Positions 1 through 12,939 are shown, numbered from the stretch's first letter. The stretch: 64,000 nucleotides of DNA from Octopus sinensis (GCF_006345805.1 NC_043013.1:18290001-18354000); one strand, 5' to 3'. Notes: a model not told the origin generated them from the sequence alone. Made by a program: numbers and translations.

Positions 1-312
1 AGAACTGAACCTGTCTGAAATGTAATGGAAAATAGGTCAGTTTTAAAACATTGATGTCCAGGTAGTAAAAGCAAAGTTTGAAGGGAACAGTAGTCATTTC
101 CTTTGCTTTCTAGATAGAAGCAAATAAGAAATAACACTTACTGCCAAAGACAAAAAAACAAAACAAAACAAAAATGTTATACAGTGTAATAAATACTGAA
201 TGACAATAATTGGTTAAGTTCAGAAGACATACAGTGGAATATTTGGCAGACTAACTGAAAGCCAGAACTTTAAATATAACGAATGTCTAACTTTTTTATA
301 ACCACACTTCTG

Positions 313-508
313 TTAACCTACATTGCCTGTCTTTCAATTCAGCTTGAAAATAATGAAGAATTTAGTAAAAGACTTTATTATTTCAGCTGATATTTGAAAC
401 ATAATTTAACAATTTTGATGCAAAGTTTAAATTTTGATCATTTAAATCAGGAAATTTGTATTACAGGACCAGAGCTGGTCTCAGGTGGGTTGATATCAAA
501 AAGGTTAA
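313..508 (+). mobile_element. TTAA-flanked MITE (piggyBac-like ends), copy 1
   Basis: Starts ttaacc, ends ggttaa; body homologous to 505-729 and 881-1237. Confidence 0.55.
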
Positions 509-729
509 TACTTTTGTTACCATATTTCTGTTGAAATATACTACCTTTGTTTCAATTAATTTTGAACATAATGAAAAATTTAGAAAAAAAAAAATAATAA
601 ATGTCATTATTATGTTGGTGAATGGCTCATAAATTAATATGAAATTTTAATGGAAGATTTAATTAAGATCACTTTAAAATAGGCAACTTTTACCATAAGA
701 CACAGGTGGGTTAGTATCAAATAGGTTAA
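505..729 (+). mobile_element. TTAA-flanked MITE, copy 2 (shares TTAA with copy 1)
   Basis: Same body (ccatatttctgttgaaat...gggttagtatcaaataggttaa). Confidence 0.55.
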
Positions 730-880
730 GAGCTGTTGTTTAAACACACACTGCTAAATTTTGGAAAAAGCTTCCAGCAATTACTGGATTGCTTTTTTTT
801 TTAAAATTTCCTTACATAGTGCATCCAGGGATACATTATCTAATGTGCTCTTCTCTTTTTAAGGCAGTTAACGAGTGTCA

Positions 881-1237
881 TTAACCCTCTCATTGCCATA
901 TTTTTGTTGAAATACATTGCCTTCATTTCAAATAATTTAGAAAATAATGAGGTCTAATAATGAGTAAAATAACTGTCATTATTAAGCTAGTGTAAGGCAA
1001 CATTTTGTCTGTCTTTATGTTCTGAGTTCAAATTCTGCCAAGATCGACTATCTGTCATCCTTTTGGGGGTTGATAAAATAAGTATCAGTTGAGTACAGGG
1101 GTTAATGCAATCGACTTAATCCCTCCCTTGTAGTTGCTGACCTTGTACCAAAATTTGAAACCATTATTAAGCTGGTGTTAGGATCATAAACATGAAATTT
1201 TAGATCACAGAAGCAGGGTTGGTATCAAAAGAGTTAA
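881..1237 (+). mobile_element. TTAA-flanked MITE, copy 3, interrupted by a SINE fragment (~1005-1165)
   Basis: ttaaccct start, ggtatcaaaagagttaa end; internal ttctgagttcaaattctgcc SINE piece. Confidence 0.5.
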
Positions 1238-1599
1238 GGGAGATTTGGTTGCTATTCCTAGCAAGTAAAGTAACCCTATATAGAACCATGTTGGCTGCAG
1301 GCATTGTTAGCAGTAGGCATATCCATATGATGAAGTGGATAAAGTGTTGGGATGGCAGATCAAAAGATGTAATCGATAGTTTTTGTAATGTAGCTGATCT
1401 AATTAGAGCCATACATAGCTGTGGTGGTTGTTTATGATGTTCTATGAAGGGAGAAGTCAACCAGATGTTGTTGTTATTTAACAGATCTATGATAGGTTCA
1501 GTCCCACTGTATGGCACCTTGACAAGAGTCTTCTACCATAGTATAATAGCCTATCAAAAGTATTTGCAGATGGAAACTATGTAGAAGCCTGTCACATAG

Positions 1600-1895
1600 G
1601 GGTCTACAATAATATCAAGTGAGAAATAATTTTTTTCCTTAGTATTGATGGATTGCATAAGTTTCCAATTGACAACCTGGACGGTTTCATTCTTTGGTGC
1701 AAGTATGGCTCTTTCACAAAGCCAATCATGTTCTTGAAAATTATGTTCAATGTTTGGGTAAACCTTGGTAATCAACTCTTCTACAGTTTTGACCAAAATG
1801 CCATAGCCATTTGGAAATGTGATGTCTCCATTGTCTTGCTGAGTGCTTCCATTTCCCAGATCCAATAGCTGAGCTGCAAATCTTCCAGCATTCAA
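1600..1895 (-). pseudogene. Helitron Pif1-family helicase fragment
   Basis: QLLDLGNG...LITKVYPNIEHNFQEHDWLCERAILAPKNETV matches the conserved Helitron helicase segment WL.ERAILAP.N. Confidence 0.8.
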
Positions 1896-1914
1896 ATCTC
1901 TGAATAAACTGACT

Positions 1915-2022
1915 CTGCCGAAAGTCCAATTTGGTTGGAAGTCTGATCAGGCTTAAAGTCCGATCTGGTTGATTTGGGCGGAAGTCTGATTTGGGTTGAA
2001 AGTCCAATTTGGGCTGAAAGTT
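1915..2022. repeat. Degenerate ~18-bp tandem repeat next to the Helitron fragment
   Basis: Recurrent aagtccaatttgg / aagtctgatttggg units. Confidence 0.6.
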
Positions 2023-2923
2023 CAAGTTCTTTAATATTTCCTTCCAAGTACTTCAATTCACAAACTCCATGGAACTTCAAAATTTCAAGAACAAGAAATC
2101 TCTCACTCTAACTTGGATCTGGTTTCAAATGAACTGAATTGAAAATATCTTTTTAATTCACGAAGTTTTGGTATTACTTTAAATTCAGTTTAAATAAAAA
2201 TCTTGTAAGTTCACAAATTTTTGGAGTTCTTTTAAAATTTGAATTTTCAACTGTTAGCATATAACAAATCCTCACCCAAACCTGATCCCAATGCTGAATG
2301 TTCAAAAACCACATGAAGGGCATACCTATTTCTTGACTTACCAAATTTACATTTACTATGTACAAGGTTCCCTTCACCCTACCCATTGTTTACATTGTAA
2401 AGTGATTTAAACACACAGACCAATTTTTTAGTCAGTTTCATTGGTCTCGGTACTTGATTGGTCTTCAACATTTAGCCAAATGAGCAGAGAAAGTATAGTG
2501 TTACAAGATCCCTCTCATCCTGTCCCACTAAGGACTATTCAACTTCTCTAGAGTTATCTTTTATATTTCACTTGTTCCGGCCATTAGACCAGTGGTTCCC
2601 AAACGGTGCAGTGGTGCGACAGAGGAGGATAGCAGGTGAGGTGGAGTGATTGAAAGACAATCAAAGATTAAGAAAGAGTCTCAAAAAATTCATATACCAA
2701 AAATAAATGATTTCAAAATTTAAAATATTATTGGACTCTCTTTGGATATACAACCAGAAACAGTATCCATGTGTCTCTTCAAAAGCATTATCCATTCTTC
2801 TACAGTTCTCCATGACATATTGCTGGGAACAAGGATTTTCAGTTCTGACAAATATCAAAAACCAAAAAAGGGAAAGACTTCTTTGTGTTGATGAGGAGGA
2901 GATGAGAGTTTGTTTATCTCAAA

Positions 2924-3161
2924 CTAGCAGTATCGCCCGGTGTTGCTTGGGTTTGTAAGGGAAATAACTATATAAGCATTTTTAGAGAGTTATAGCCAAA
3001 AAATAGCAAAAAAAAAAAAATGCATTAAAAATGGAAAAGAAATGTATTTTGTTAAAAATCGATTCCTTTGACTCATTTCGTAGACCCCGACATTTCTTAG
3101 AGAGCTTATACTGTACCCTTAATAATAGAAAAAAAATGCTTAACCTCTTTTTATATAAAGA
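2924..3161 (-). mobile_element. Non-autonomous Helitron
   Basis: 5' TC(T)TTATA start and 3' gcaacaccgggcgatactgCTAG end on the minus strand; 3' part matches 5280-5372 in inverse orientation. Confidence 0.7.
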
Positions 3162-3164
3162 TTA

Positions 3165-3395
3165 GGCAACGAGCTGGCAGAACCGTTAGCACGCTGGGCG
3201 AGATGCTTTGCAGTATTTCGTCTGCCATTACGTTCTGAGTTCAAATTCCGCCGAGGTCAACTTTGCCTTTCATCCTTTTGGGGTCCATTAAATAAGTACC
3301 AGTTATGCACTGGGGTTGATGTAATCGACTTAATCCGTTTGTCTGTCCTTGTTTGTCCTCTCTGTGTTTAGCCCCTTGTGGGTAGTAAAGAAATA
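3165..3395 (+). mobile_element. SINE family B (gagctggcagaa head, gtcgactttgcctttcatcc core)
   Basis: B-box-like ctgagttcaaattcc; about ten related copies in the window. Confidence 0.8.
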
Positions 3396-3644
3396 GTTTA
3401 TCGCAAATTAAGCCTAATATAAAGGAGATTACTCATCAAAACAAGCTCATACCTTTCATTAAATTTGTGTACTTTAATCATATTATAAGTTATTTGTGTT
3501 ATATATTATATTTAATGCACTATTAGTCGTTTTTATATTTAAATGCACTTTTTATCACATAAAATTCGGTGAGGCACAAGCAAATTATCATTCCAAAAAT
3601 GTGACATAGAGAAAAATGTTTGGGAAACACTGCATTAGACTATG

Positions 3645-4022
3645 GTCCTGTTGAAGCACCACCTTGAAGAATTTTAGGTGCATGAACTGACCCGAGTAAT
3701 TTTTTTTAAAACCTGGTACTTATTCTATCGGTCTCCTTTTGTCAAACTGCTAAGTTACAGGGATGTAAACAAACCAGCACTAGTTGTCAAGTGGGGGACA
3801 AACATACACAGACACATACACACAAACATATGTGTATGCATCTGTGCGACACACACACACACACACACTGCTTCTTTCAGTTTTTGTCTACCAAATACAC
3901 TCACAAAGTTTTGGTTGGCCCAAGGCTATAACAGAAGACACTTGCCCAAGGTGTCACACAGTGGGACTGAACCTAGAACAATGTGGTCAGGAAGCAAGCT
4001 TCTTACTACACAGCCATGCCAG
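3645..4022 (-). mobile_element. tRNA-derived SINE family C with internal (CA)n
   Basis: Minus-strand head ggctgtgtagtaagaagcttgc...ggttcagtccc; many copies in the window. Confidence 0.8.
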
Positions 4023-4563
4023 TGACAAAAAAAACAAAAAAACAACAAAAAAGTACACTCTGTAAAGTGGTTGGCACTGTGGGGAGGCATCCAGCCACAG
4101 AAACCAAACCATATGACAGAAATAAATATCTGGTCATTTGGAGCTCACAATAAGATGTAATCGAGAATGCAATGACCTGTCCAACCTATGTCAGCATGGA
4201 AAGTGGATGTAAAATGAAGAATGGTGATTTCCTTATATGATTATATAAGCAGGAAATTCAATGGAACTGCAGCCGAATTATGTGTATTTATGTTTTTCCA
4301 CTGTTTTGTGGACGTCTCTTGTCTTATCATAAGCATGTGATACATATGACCAGGATGTGTGTGTGTATATATATCAATATCATCAAGAAATCTCTTCCAA
4401 CTACTTTTGTCATTAAGTAGTATATAAAATTATATACTCACATTAGGTGAGTATATAATTTTTATACATGAGTGTCATCAGAAATGGGTATTCAATGTTC
4501 CAAGAAACTCTGTTTGTGTGTGTGTGTGTGTGCACGTGTGTGTATGTATGTATGTATGTGTAT

Positions 4564-4594
<31 letters not shown>

Positions 4595-4849
4595 CACACA
4601 TATATACAAATAAATAGAATACAAAGGGGTTTAGTTCACTTGTGATCTAAATGAACAGGTACACTGAATAAGCACTATAGTTGGTCAACTGCTGGGTTTC
4701 CAAGATCACAGCTAAGACTAGATCTAGGGATCTGTCTTAGGGTTCCGCTATAGCAGGTATATATTATATTAGAGGAAAAATCAAAACCACGGCAGAACGA
4801 GTATCTCAAGTCATTTAGAATAATTTAATTAGGGTAAGGAGAACTTAAA

Positions 4850-4925
4850 GTCTTACAGCTGTTTCTGGGATAACCGAAGTGGTTGGTTAGCATGCCCATG
4901 CACTGAGTATTCTATCATCAGAAAC
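4850..4925 (-). ncRNA. Type-I hammerhead-like motif (Penelope-type), helix II degenerate
   Basis: Minus strand gttt-CTGATGA-...-GAAAC-agct-GTA-agac; palindromic helix III ACAGCUGU. Confidence 0.6.
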
Positions 4926-4993
4926 AAGGCGTGGACATTTTAGACAGGGAAAATTTACAGTTTACAAAGAATAAAATTCACAGTTTATCTCTC

Positions 4994-5372
4994 TCTATAT
5001 AAACGGCAGTTTGTCTGTGCGTGTTTCTGTGTGTCTGTTTGCTTGTACCCTTACCCTGACCACGGCTTTCAACCGATTCTGATGAAACTTGACACACACA
5101 TAGCCCAATATCATAATTCAAAACTAACACAGCGAAAATTTTGAAAAGTTCCCCCAGTTCTGAAAAAAATCGATAAATTCGACATGGGGTCGAGAATCAG
5201 GAACACAAACCACAAACTGTGTAGGGGACGCAACTCCACCTTTTTTAACAATCAAAAAAAATTTACCATAATTTTTTTCCATTTTTTTTGCTATTTTTTG
5301 GCTATAACTCTCTAAAAATGCTTTATAGTTATTTCCCTTACAAACCTGAGCAACGCCGGGCGATACTGCTAG
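4994..5372 (+). mobile_element. Non-autonomous Helitron
   Basis: TCTATATAAA 5' end; gcaacgccgggcgatactgCTAG|T 3' end. Confidence 0.8.
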
Positions 5373-5954
5373 TAAGGAATAAAATAGAAGAATAAAGGAA
5401 TAAAATAGAAGAATTAAGAGTAAAGGCAGTTAGAAGAATACAGGCAGGAGAATTATGTTCACAACTTGTCTTTTATCCGGAGGATATGGATGTTGGTCAA
5501 TACTTCAACCCAGGGCTATAGTAGAAGACACTTGCCTAAGCTGTTGCACAGTGGAACTGAACCCAAGCATGTTCTTGGGAGGCAAGCTTCTTAACCTCAC
5601 AGCCACATTTGTATATCATACAGACACATACTTTATTGTTTTACAAATTGGTGTAAAAGGGAACTCAAGATGGTAAACGTATTTAACATCAATTATCTTG
5701 TCATTGAATCATAGAGTAAATGGCTGAGTATTCCACAGACATATATGCAGCACACTTAACAGGATTAGGATCAAGCTGGATCAGTGTAACACAACGAGTG
5801 ACAAAGCTGTACCTTTTTAATAAAAACCTAACAGGACAACATCTTAGTTTCTATTTCGCTGATTTCATTTAAAATGCCTGTTTTGACGCAAGGTTACAGT
5901 AGAAGTTACTTGCACAAGATACCACATAGTGAAAATAAGGAAAATAAGTGTGAT

Positions 5955-6200
5955 ACGTATGTACACACACATACAGACACAGAGTCACACTGCACATATG
6001 TATATACATACATATACATACACACACACAGTCACGATGCACATATGCATATATATACATATACATAGAGTCACACTGTATATATGCATATACACATATA
6101 TACATATACATACACAGACACACTGCACATATACATACATACACACACTGCACATATGCGTATACATACAGACAGTCACACTGCAGATATGCATATACAT

Positions 6201-6265
<65 letters not shown>
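5955..6265. repeat. Compound (CA)/(TA)/(CATA) microsatellite
   Basis: Direct reading; explains the His/Thr/Tyr/Ile and Cys/Val/Met ORFs. Confidence 0.9.
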
Positions 6266-6268
<3 letters not shown>

Positions 6269-6620
6269 GCATACATGCTCACATATCCAGCCATACATAA
6301 CAATAACATAAAAATATATATATAATCATCGTTTAACGTCCGCCTTCCATGCTGGTATGAGAGGGACGGACACACACACATATATAAACTTACATAGCAA
6401 ATTTACAAGTTGAACTAAGGTAGAAATATATAAAAAGTTATTATTTGTTTAAGTTTTTCGGTTAATATGGTTGACTGACATACAACAAACGCAAGATCCA
6501 ATTCCCACGTGCAGTCCTGTTCAGTTTTCCTACCTTTGCACATACTTACACATATCTTCTACAACTTAGCACCATAAAAATCTAAAAACATTTACATTAT
6601 ATATATGTGTGTGTATGTGT

Positions 6621-6654
<34 letters not shown>

Positions 6655-6954
6655 CATATACACGTATTTATATATGTGTGTATATTTGTGTGTATGTGTT
6701 ATATACATATATATATAAATAAACATATACACGTGTTTATATATGTGGGTGTGTATGTATGTATATGCATGTGTATACACACACCTACCTACCTGTAGTG
6801 CTGCCTATGGTGTCTGTCTCTCAACTGTGACTGTTGTCTCACCTGTGCCGGATCACTTTAGCCATACTAGCACAGCTGCTTCCACCACTACAATCTGGCC
6901 GTCCTGCCAGGTAATGATTATGTTACTATCCCCGGCCTCTCCTGCTGTCTCTAC

Positions 6955-7410
6955 CACACACACACACATATATACAGATGCACACAAGATTATACATGCA
7001 CATACAAAAACATACACATATGCACACTTAAACACTCATTGACACATACACACTCATGCACATACACTCAAACATTCACTGACAAGCACACACACTCTTA
7101 TACATTTACTCACACATTTACACACACACACACACATATACACACTCATGCATATAGTCACACACACACATATACACACACAGACATATGCTCACACACA
7201 TACACACTCATACATACACTCACACATTTGCACACACACACACACTCATACATATACTCACACACACACATACACACATACATATGCTCACACACATCAC
7301 ACACTCATACATATACTCACATATTTGCACACACACACACACACTCACTGTCATAATCACTCTTACACACAGAAACACACCTATATCCATATAGAAACAT
7401 AACACACACA
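6955..7410. repeat. Compound (CA)-rich microsatellite
   Basis: Direct reading. Confidence 0.9.
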
Positions 7411-7801
7411 TTATGTAACTTGGTAATTACGGTGGTGCTGGGCGCGGTGTGGTGGAGGTGGTGCTGGTATTGATTTCTATGAAACCTAATCCCAACCCTT
7501 ATTCTGTATCCTGTTAATTCTACATAAAAGAAAAAAATACAGCAAGATCTACATTGTTAATTTGAAACACATGTTGGGGTGAAAATGTCAAAGCTTAGTA
7601 GAATGAATTGTAAACTGAGGTACAATGTTTCAGGTCTAAGAAAGGGACTACTGTGCCCCGGTTTCCCTTATATATATATAGGCGGTAATGCTTTTTTTTT
7701 TGCCATTATAACATGGCTGTTCTATAAAGAACCGTGTTACTACATTTTAACCTCAGGAAAATGTCTTTTCCAGCTGGTCAACGGCATGCAAGCTGTGTCC
7801 G

Positions 7802-7943
7802 ATATATTGTGAGTAAGGGAGCAAATCACTACCCTCCAGCTTGGCAAGACCAGTAGACCATAGTTTCTGGGTCTTTACCCTTTATCGGTACTGGACACCT
7901 GCCTGCTAGATATGGCAGTCAATCATCCCTACTCACAATATAT
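7802..7943. mobile_element. ~140-bp MITE with ~18-bp TIRs in TA context
   Basis: atatattgtgagtaaggga ... tccctactcacaatatat. Confidence 0.55.
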
Positions 7944-8024
7944 AAACAGAAGTGGCAGGCTACCACTGATCCCATAACAAGCAACATATATATATATATA
8001 TATATATATGTATGAGTGTGTGTA

Positions 8025-8520
8025 ACATGTAGAAGGAACTTGTGCCAATGACATATAAAAGGTACCTGTTCTGGTGACATGTAAAAGGCACCTGTGCTGG
8101 TGACATGTAGAAGGATCTCATGCCAGTAATATGTTTAAAACGGTACCTGTACCAGTGCCACATGAAAAGGAACTGTGCTGGTGATACATAAAAGGCACCA
8201 GTGCCAGTGACATGTACAGGGCCCCTGAGCCATTGACATTTAAAAGGCACTTGTGCTAGTGATACAATTGAAAGGGCACCTGTGCCAGTGACACATAGAA
8301 AGCACCTGCACCAGTGACATAGGGTACTCATGCTAGTGACACGTAAAAAGCACTCAGTAGACTGTGTAAAGTGGTTGGCATTGGGAAGAGCATCCAGCCA
8401 TAGAAACAAGCCAAAACAAATCACTGGAGCCTGGTGCAAGTCTCTGACTTACCAGCTCCAGTCAAACTGTCTAAATTATGCCAGCACAGAAAGCAGATGC
8501 TAAAAATGATGATGATGATA
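8025..8520 (+). mobile_element. RTE 3'UTR-derived fragment headed by a ~26-bp minisatellite
   Basis: About 12 units like aaaaggcacctgtgctggtgacatgt, then the RTE 3' end and (gat)n tail. Confidence 0.7.
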
Positions 8521-8762
8521 CATACATACATATGTTTTGCAAGATTCCTGATGTGAAATTGTGTGCTGGAACAGATATTGTTGTATTTTGGGATGGTCAT
8601 TTTTTTCTTTTTTTTTTGCCAAATAAACACACGCACTATGTATTTTTTCCTTCACTCGTTTATTACTGCTCTTGTTTTATTATTCTAACTCATGTCCATT
8701 GTCTGGAAATCTTTCGGCACATATCTGTGACACTTTTCATTTACATGTGTGTTCTTGCACGT

Positions 8763-9057
8763 TAAAAGCACCATCCATACGTGGCCGATGCCAGCGCCGC
8801 CTTGACTGGCTTCTGTGCCGATGGCACGTAAAAAGCACCAACTGATTGTGGCCATTGCCAACCTCTCCTGGCACCTGTGCCGGTGGCACGTAAAAAGCAC
8901 CCACTACACTCACGGAGTGGTTGGCATTAGGAAGGGCATCCAGCCATAGAAACACTGCCAGATCAGACTGGGCCTGGTGCAGCCTCCTGGCTTTCCAGAC
9001 CCTGGTCAAACCATCCAACCCATGCTAGCATGGAAAACGGACATTAAACGATGATGA
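8763..9057 (+). mobile_element. 5'-truncated RTE 3'UTR copy
   Basis: Homologous to 60721-60960 in inverse orientation; (gat)n tail. Confidence 0.85.
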
Positions 9058-9689
9058 TTGGTTTTAAGACAGTTGATTGCTGTCTGGTGATATGGTCTTA
9101 GATTTTTTAAAACTATTAATACTTAACTTCTGGTTACTTACACAGTATATGTGTCATGTGCAATATTTGCACATTGATTTTTCATTTGCATTTTACTATT
9201 AATAAATCTTCCACAGTTAATCTAGTTTTCTGTAGAATATTATATTGGATGGTATGGTAAAGATACCACCTATTGGTTTTCTGTTTAGTTTTGTTTTTTG
9301 AACTGTTTATCATGTAATGCAATGGCTCCTACTTGTAAATGCTTGGTTAACCAATGAATAAGTGTCACACTTGTACATCAAGCCTAACCACAAACTAAAT
9401 TAAAATCTTTTCATTAACAGGAAACCACAAACCTGAAAACTGCAAAACATACTTTAGACAACAAATGTAATATACAAATTTCAGTGTAAACATGAAAGGT
9501 GTAAATTTCACGACTCAATCTGTTACATCCGACACATATGTACAACACACTCTTCTTGGTTGATCCAGTATTTGCAACACAAGTCCATAACAGCACATTA
9601 CAATACACAATATGAATCAAATTAAAGAGGAAAAAAACATTAGTTGATAAGACTTCCATCCTAGGCATGGCTTTTATAGGCATCAGCAT

Positions 9690-9985
9690 AGCTATGTGGT
9701 TAAGAAGTTGGTTTTGAAGCCACATGATTTCAGGTTCAGTCCCATTGTGCAGGGACCTTGAGGAAGTGTCTTCTACTATAGCCCTTGGCCAACCAATGCT
9801 TTGTGAATGAATTTCGCAAATGGAAACTGTATAGAAGTGTGTCGAGTGTGTGTGTGTGTGTGTGTGTTTATTTGTGTGTCTGTGTTTGTTTCCCCATCAT
9901 TTAACATCTGACACTGGATACTGGTTTGTGTATGACCCTGTGACTTAGCAGTTTGGAGAAAGAGACTGTCAGAATAAGTACCAGA
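9690..9985 (+). mobile_element. SINE family C (3'-truncated)
   Basis: gctatgtggttaagaag...ggttcagtccc head, (GT)n, body. Confidence 0.7.
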
Positions 9986-9999
9986 CTAAACTTTCCAAC

Positions 10000-10400
10000 G
10001 TACGTATGGCCCTCGTATGTATGGCCTCAGTCCAATGACTGAAACAAGTAAAAGACAAAATATGGCCATCCGCCAGCCTCGTCTGGCACCTGTGTCGGTG
10101 ACACATAAGAAAACACCATCCGAGCGTGGCCGTCTGGCACCTGTGTCGGTGGCACATAAAAAACACCATCCGACCGTGGCCGTCTGCCAGCCTCGTCTGG
10201 CACCTGTGTCGGTGGCACATAAAATCACCCACTACACTCTCGGAGTGGTTGGCGTTAGGAAGGGCATCCAGCTGTAGAAACACTGCCAGATCTGACTGGC
10301 CTGGTGCAGCCTTCGGGCTTGCCAGACCCCAGTTGAACCGTCCAACCCATGCTAGCATGGAAAGCGGACATTAAACGATGATGATGATGATGATGATGAT
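10000..10400 (+). mobile_element. 5'-truncated RTE 3'UTR copy (young subfamily)
   Basis: Near-identical to 60721-60950 in inverse orientation. Confidence 0.85.
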
Positions 10401-11419
10401 AGAAGAATCTGCCAAAAATCTAGAAGAGTATCAATTACAGCTTTATCAATATCGAAATACAAATCAGTAACGGACACAGATGGAGTGAAATAAAGTATGA
10501 AATTAACCAGGAGTTAACTGTTGAATGATTTAAAAGTCACAGATGACAATTTTACTAGTGATGGTATTATTTTGATGGTCCTTTGCCGGGCAATGACATG
10601 TAACAATTATCGTTTCATTAGAAGATGATGATGTGGAGAAGATCTTAAGATGTTAATGGACTATGGAACATTAAATGTTTCAGACTGAATTGAAAGAACT
10701 AAGAAGGTAATAGGAAAAATCTTCAGCAAAACCAGGATTAAATCCAAAAGCATTAGTTTTCTGTACAGTCACACACACACACACACACACTTAACACTCA
10801 ATTCCAGTTCAAAGCTGTAAGTTATATATGGCTATAATTGGTAGAGAGAGTGAGAGAGAGTAGGGAAGAGAGAGAGAGAGAGAGAGAGGAGAAAGAGCGA
10901 GAGGGAGAAGTGGGAAGAGGAGATTTTTATGTGCTGTTAAAAGTGTCTTGCTGTGAAGTCCCCTCATTTATCACTGCCTGAGCTGACCTAGGTGATGGGT
11001 GGAAGGTAGACTAGTCTGGGTGTTAGCCTTCACAACCCTTACAAATTCCCCCACCATCATCACCGTCTTCCACATTATTCTACTTTATTGTAACAGCTCC
11101 TAGCATACCTGTGCAGATAAGGCTCAGGCATGGCTGTGCGATTAAAATGTTTGCTTAACAACCATAAGATTTGGAGCTTGATCCCAATGAATGACACCTT
11201 AGATGTCTGCTCTATCTTTCGGTTGACTAATGCCTTCTAAATGAAATGTGGTAGATGGAAACTGTACAGAAGCCCATTGTTACTTCTTTTCTTTCTTTCA
11301 AGCTTTGGTTGCTAGAATAACTCTCTCACACTGTGGATTCCAGAGGTATAAAGTTTTCACCAAGGTGTGCTGAATTTTGAATATATAAAATATGATTATT
11401 TTATATATTCAGTTTTATC

Positions 11420-11830
11420 ATCATTATCATCATCGTTTAACGTCCGTTTTCCGCGCTAGCACGGGTTGGACGGTTGGTGTTTTTTTAACTTTTTATTATT
11501 GTTTTGTCTTACATGAGTTCTGTTTCTATGCTCCTGAGCAGCATTAAAATTGTTTTATTTTTTGTCTTTTTGTGCAGTCGACACTATTGGTTGGAGTAGG
11601 ACTTCTTTTGGTGTTAAAACCACGAAAGGAGTTGACCAGATAGCTGAGGATGGGGTATTCGTTGGTAATGTACCATGCTTGAGAAGACCTGTCAAGCCAA
11701 GTGAGATCATAGTCATGATCAATGCCGGTACTGTGTGACTGGCACCCTTGCTGGTGGCACACAAAAAGCACCCACTACACTCTTGGAGTGATTGGCATCC
11801 AGCTGTAGAAGGGCATCTAGTCATAGAAAT
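11420..11830 (-). mobile_element. Rearranged RTE 3'UTR fragments
   Basis: catcatcgtttaacgtccgtttt end at ~11430 and a plus-strand aaaaagcacccactacactc piece at ~11760. Confidence 0.5.
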
Positions 11831-11964
11831 TGTGTTGGGATCTCATCAGTAACTGAGTAACCTTTCCCCTGGCTTAATTCAACATACTCCTTTTAAACTC
11901 ACTTTTACTTAAGCAAATCAAATTTGTATACATCTTGGTATTCCTGGCAGACAGTTTGATTAAT

Positions 11965-12304
11965 AAACTGCGGCTGTCTGGCCTCCGTACCGGTGGCAAG
12001 TAAAAGACACTATTTGAGCGTGATCGTTACCAGCATCGCCTTACTGGCACCTGTGCCGGTGGCATGTGTGAAAGATTCGAGCGAGGTCGTTGCCAGTGCC
12101 GCCTGACTGGCCCTCGTGCCGGTGGCACGTAAAAGCACCCACTACACTCTCGGAGTGGTTGGCGTTAGGAAGGGCATCCAGCTGTAGAAACTCTGCCAGA
12201 TCAAGATTGAAGCCTGGCGCAGCCATCTGGTTCGCCAGCCCTCAGTCAAAATCGTCCAACCCATGCTAGCATGGAAAGCGGATGTTAAACGATGATGATG
12301 ATGA
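11965..12304 (+). mobile_element. 5'-truncated RTE 3'UTR copy
   Basis: gtgccggtggcac repeats, ccatgctagcatggaaagcgg, (gat)n tail. Confidence 0.85.
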
Positions 12305-12939
12305 GATGTGTTGACAGTATGTTTTGTTTCACTGTTAAATAAATATAAAGCAGTTAATATAATAAGACGTTATTTATACAGAGTTATGTTTTTTAGCCTA
12401 TCACAGAATGGTGGTGGCGGTGGTGGTAGTGGGAAATTAAAGGGTGAGCTGGTAAAGATGGGGGAGGTAGCAGAGGAATACTGAAAAAGGGTTAAGAGAC
12501 TCTTCCTTAGTGCATTATCATTAATTAATTTATTCATTAATTGTGTATGATAATGATAATTATAACAACATGTTTTTAGTCTTGTTATGAAACAATTTCA
12601 GGTTGAGCAACTGAAAGACTGTGGTTTCATTCCAATCACAAATCTCTTTACCCACCACCCCCACCCTCTCTCTGTTATTTCACCCTCAAGACAGCCTTGA
12701 TTGAGAAGGCTAATCAAAAGCATTCCAACTATGATAATCCCATCTTATTTCAAGTGTGGTCTGATTGGAATTACATTACATAAAATAGCCTTTCTTTTCT
12801 TACAAAAAGGTGTGTTTGAAGGAAATTTGACTGCTCTTTCTCAGATTGAATGATATTATGGAGACACACCTCAATAGATCATTGCTTTATCCTTGTTTCG
12901 TTCTTCCTATACTGCTCTCTCCCCCTCTGCTTATTTATT

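Larger units (their letters stand above)
2590..3632 (+). mobile_element. Deleted hAT DNA transposon with nested Helitron and SINE
   Basis: TIRs cagtggttcccaaac / gtttgggaaacactg; exact 8-bp TSD cattagac at 2582-2589 and 3633-3640; hAT C-terminal motif ILLQFSMTYCWEQGFSVLTNIK at ~2790-2920. Confidence 0.85.

Noticed and set aside
1-175. Minus-strand terminal exon candidates after strong pyrimidine tracts
   Set aside because: Three alternative acceptors and several open frames; cannot be resolved at the window edge.
7772-7812. Plus-strand exon with ttttccag acceptor and gtgagt donor
   Set aside because: The donor is part of the MITE TIR at 7802-7820; no support for a gene.
8025-8360. CRISPR-like periodic array
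   Set aside because: Units are contiguous and diverged with no unique spacers, no cas genes, eukaryotic context; derived from the RTE UTR.
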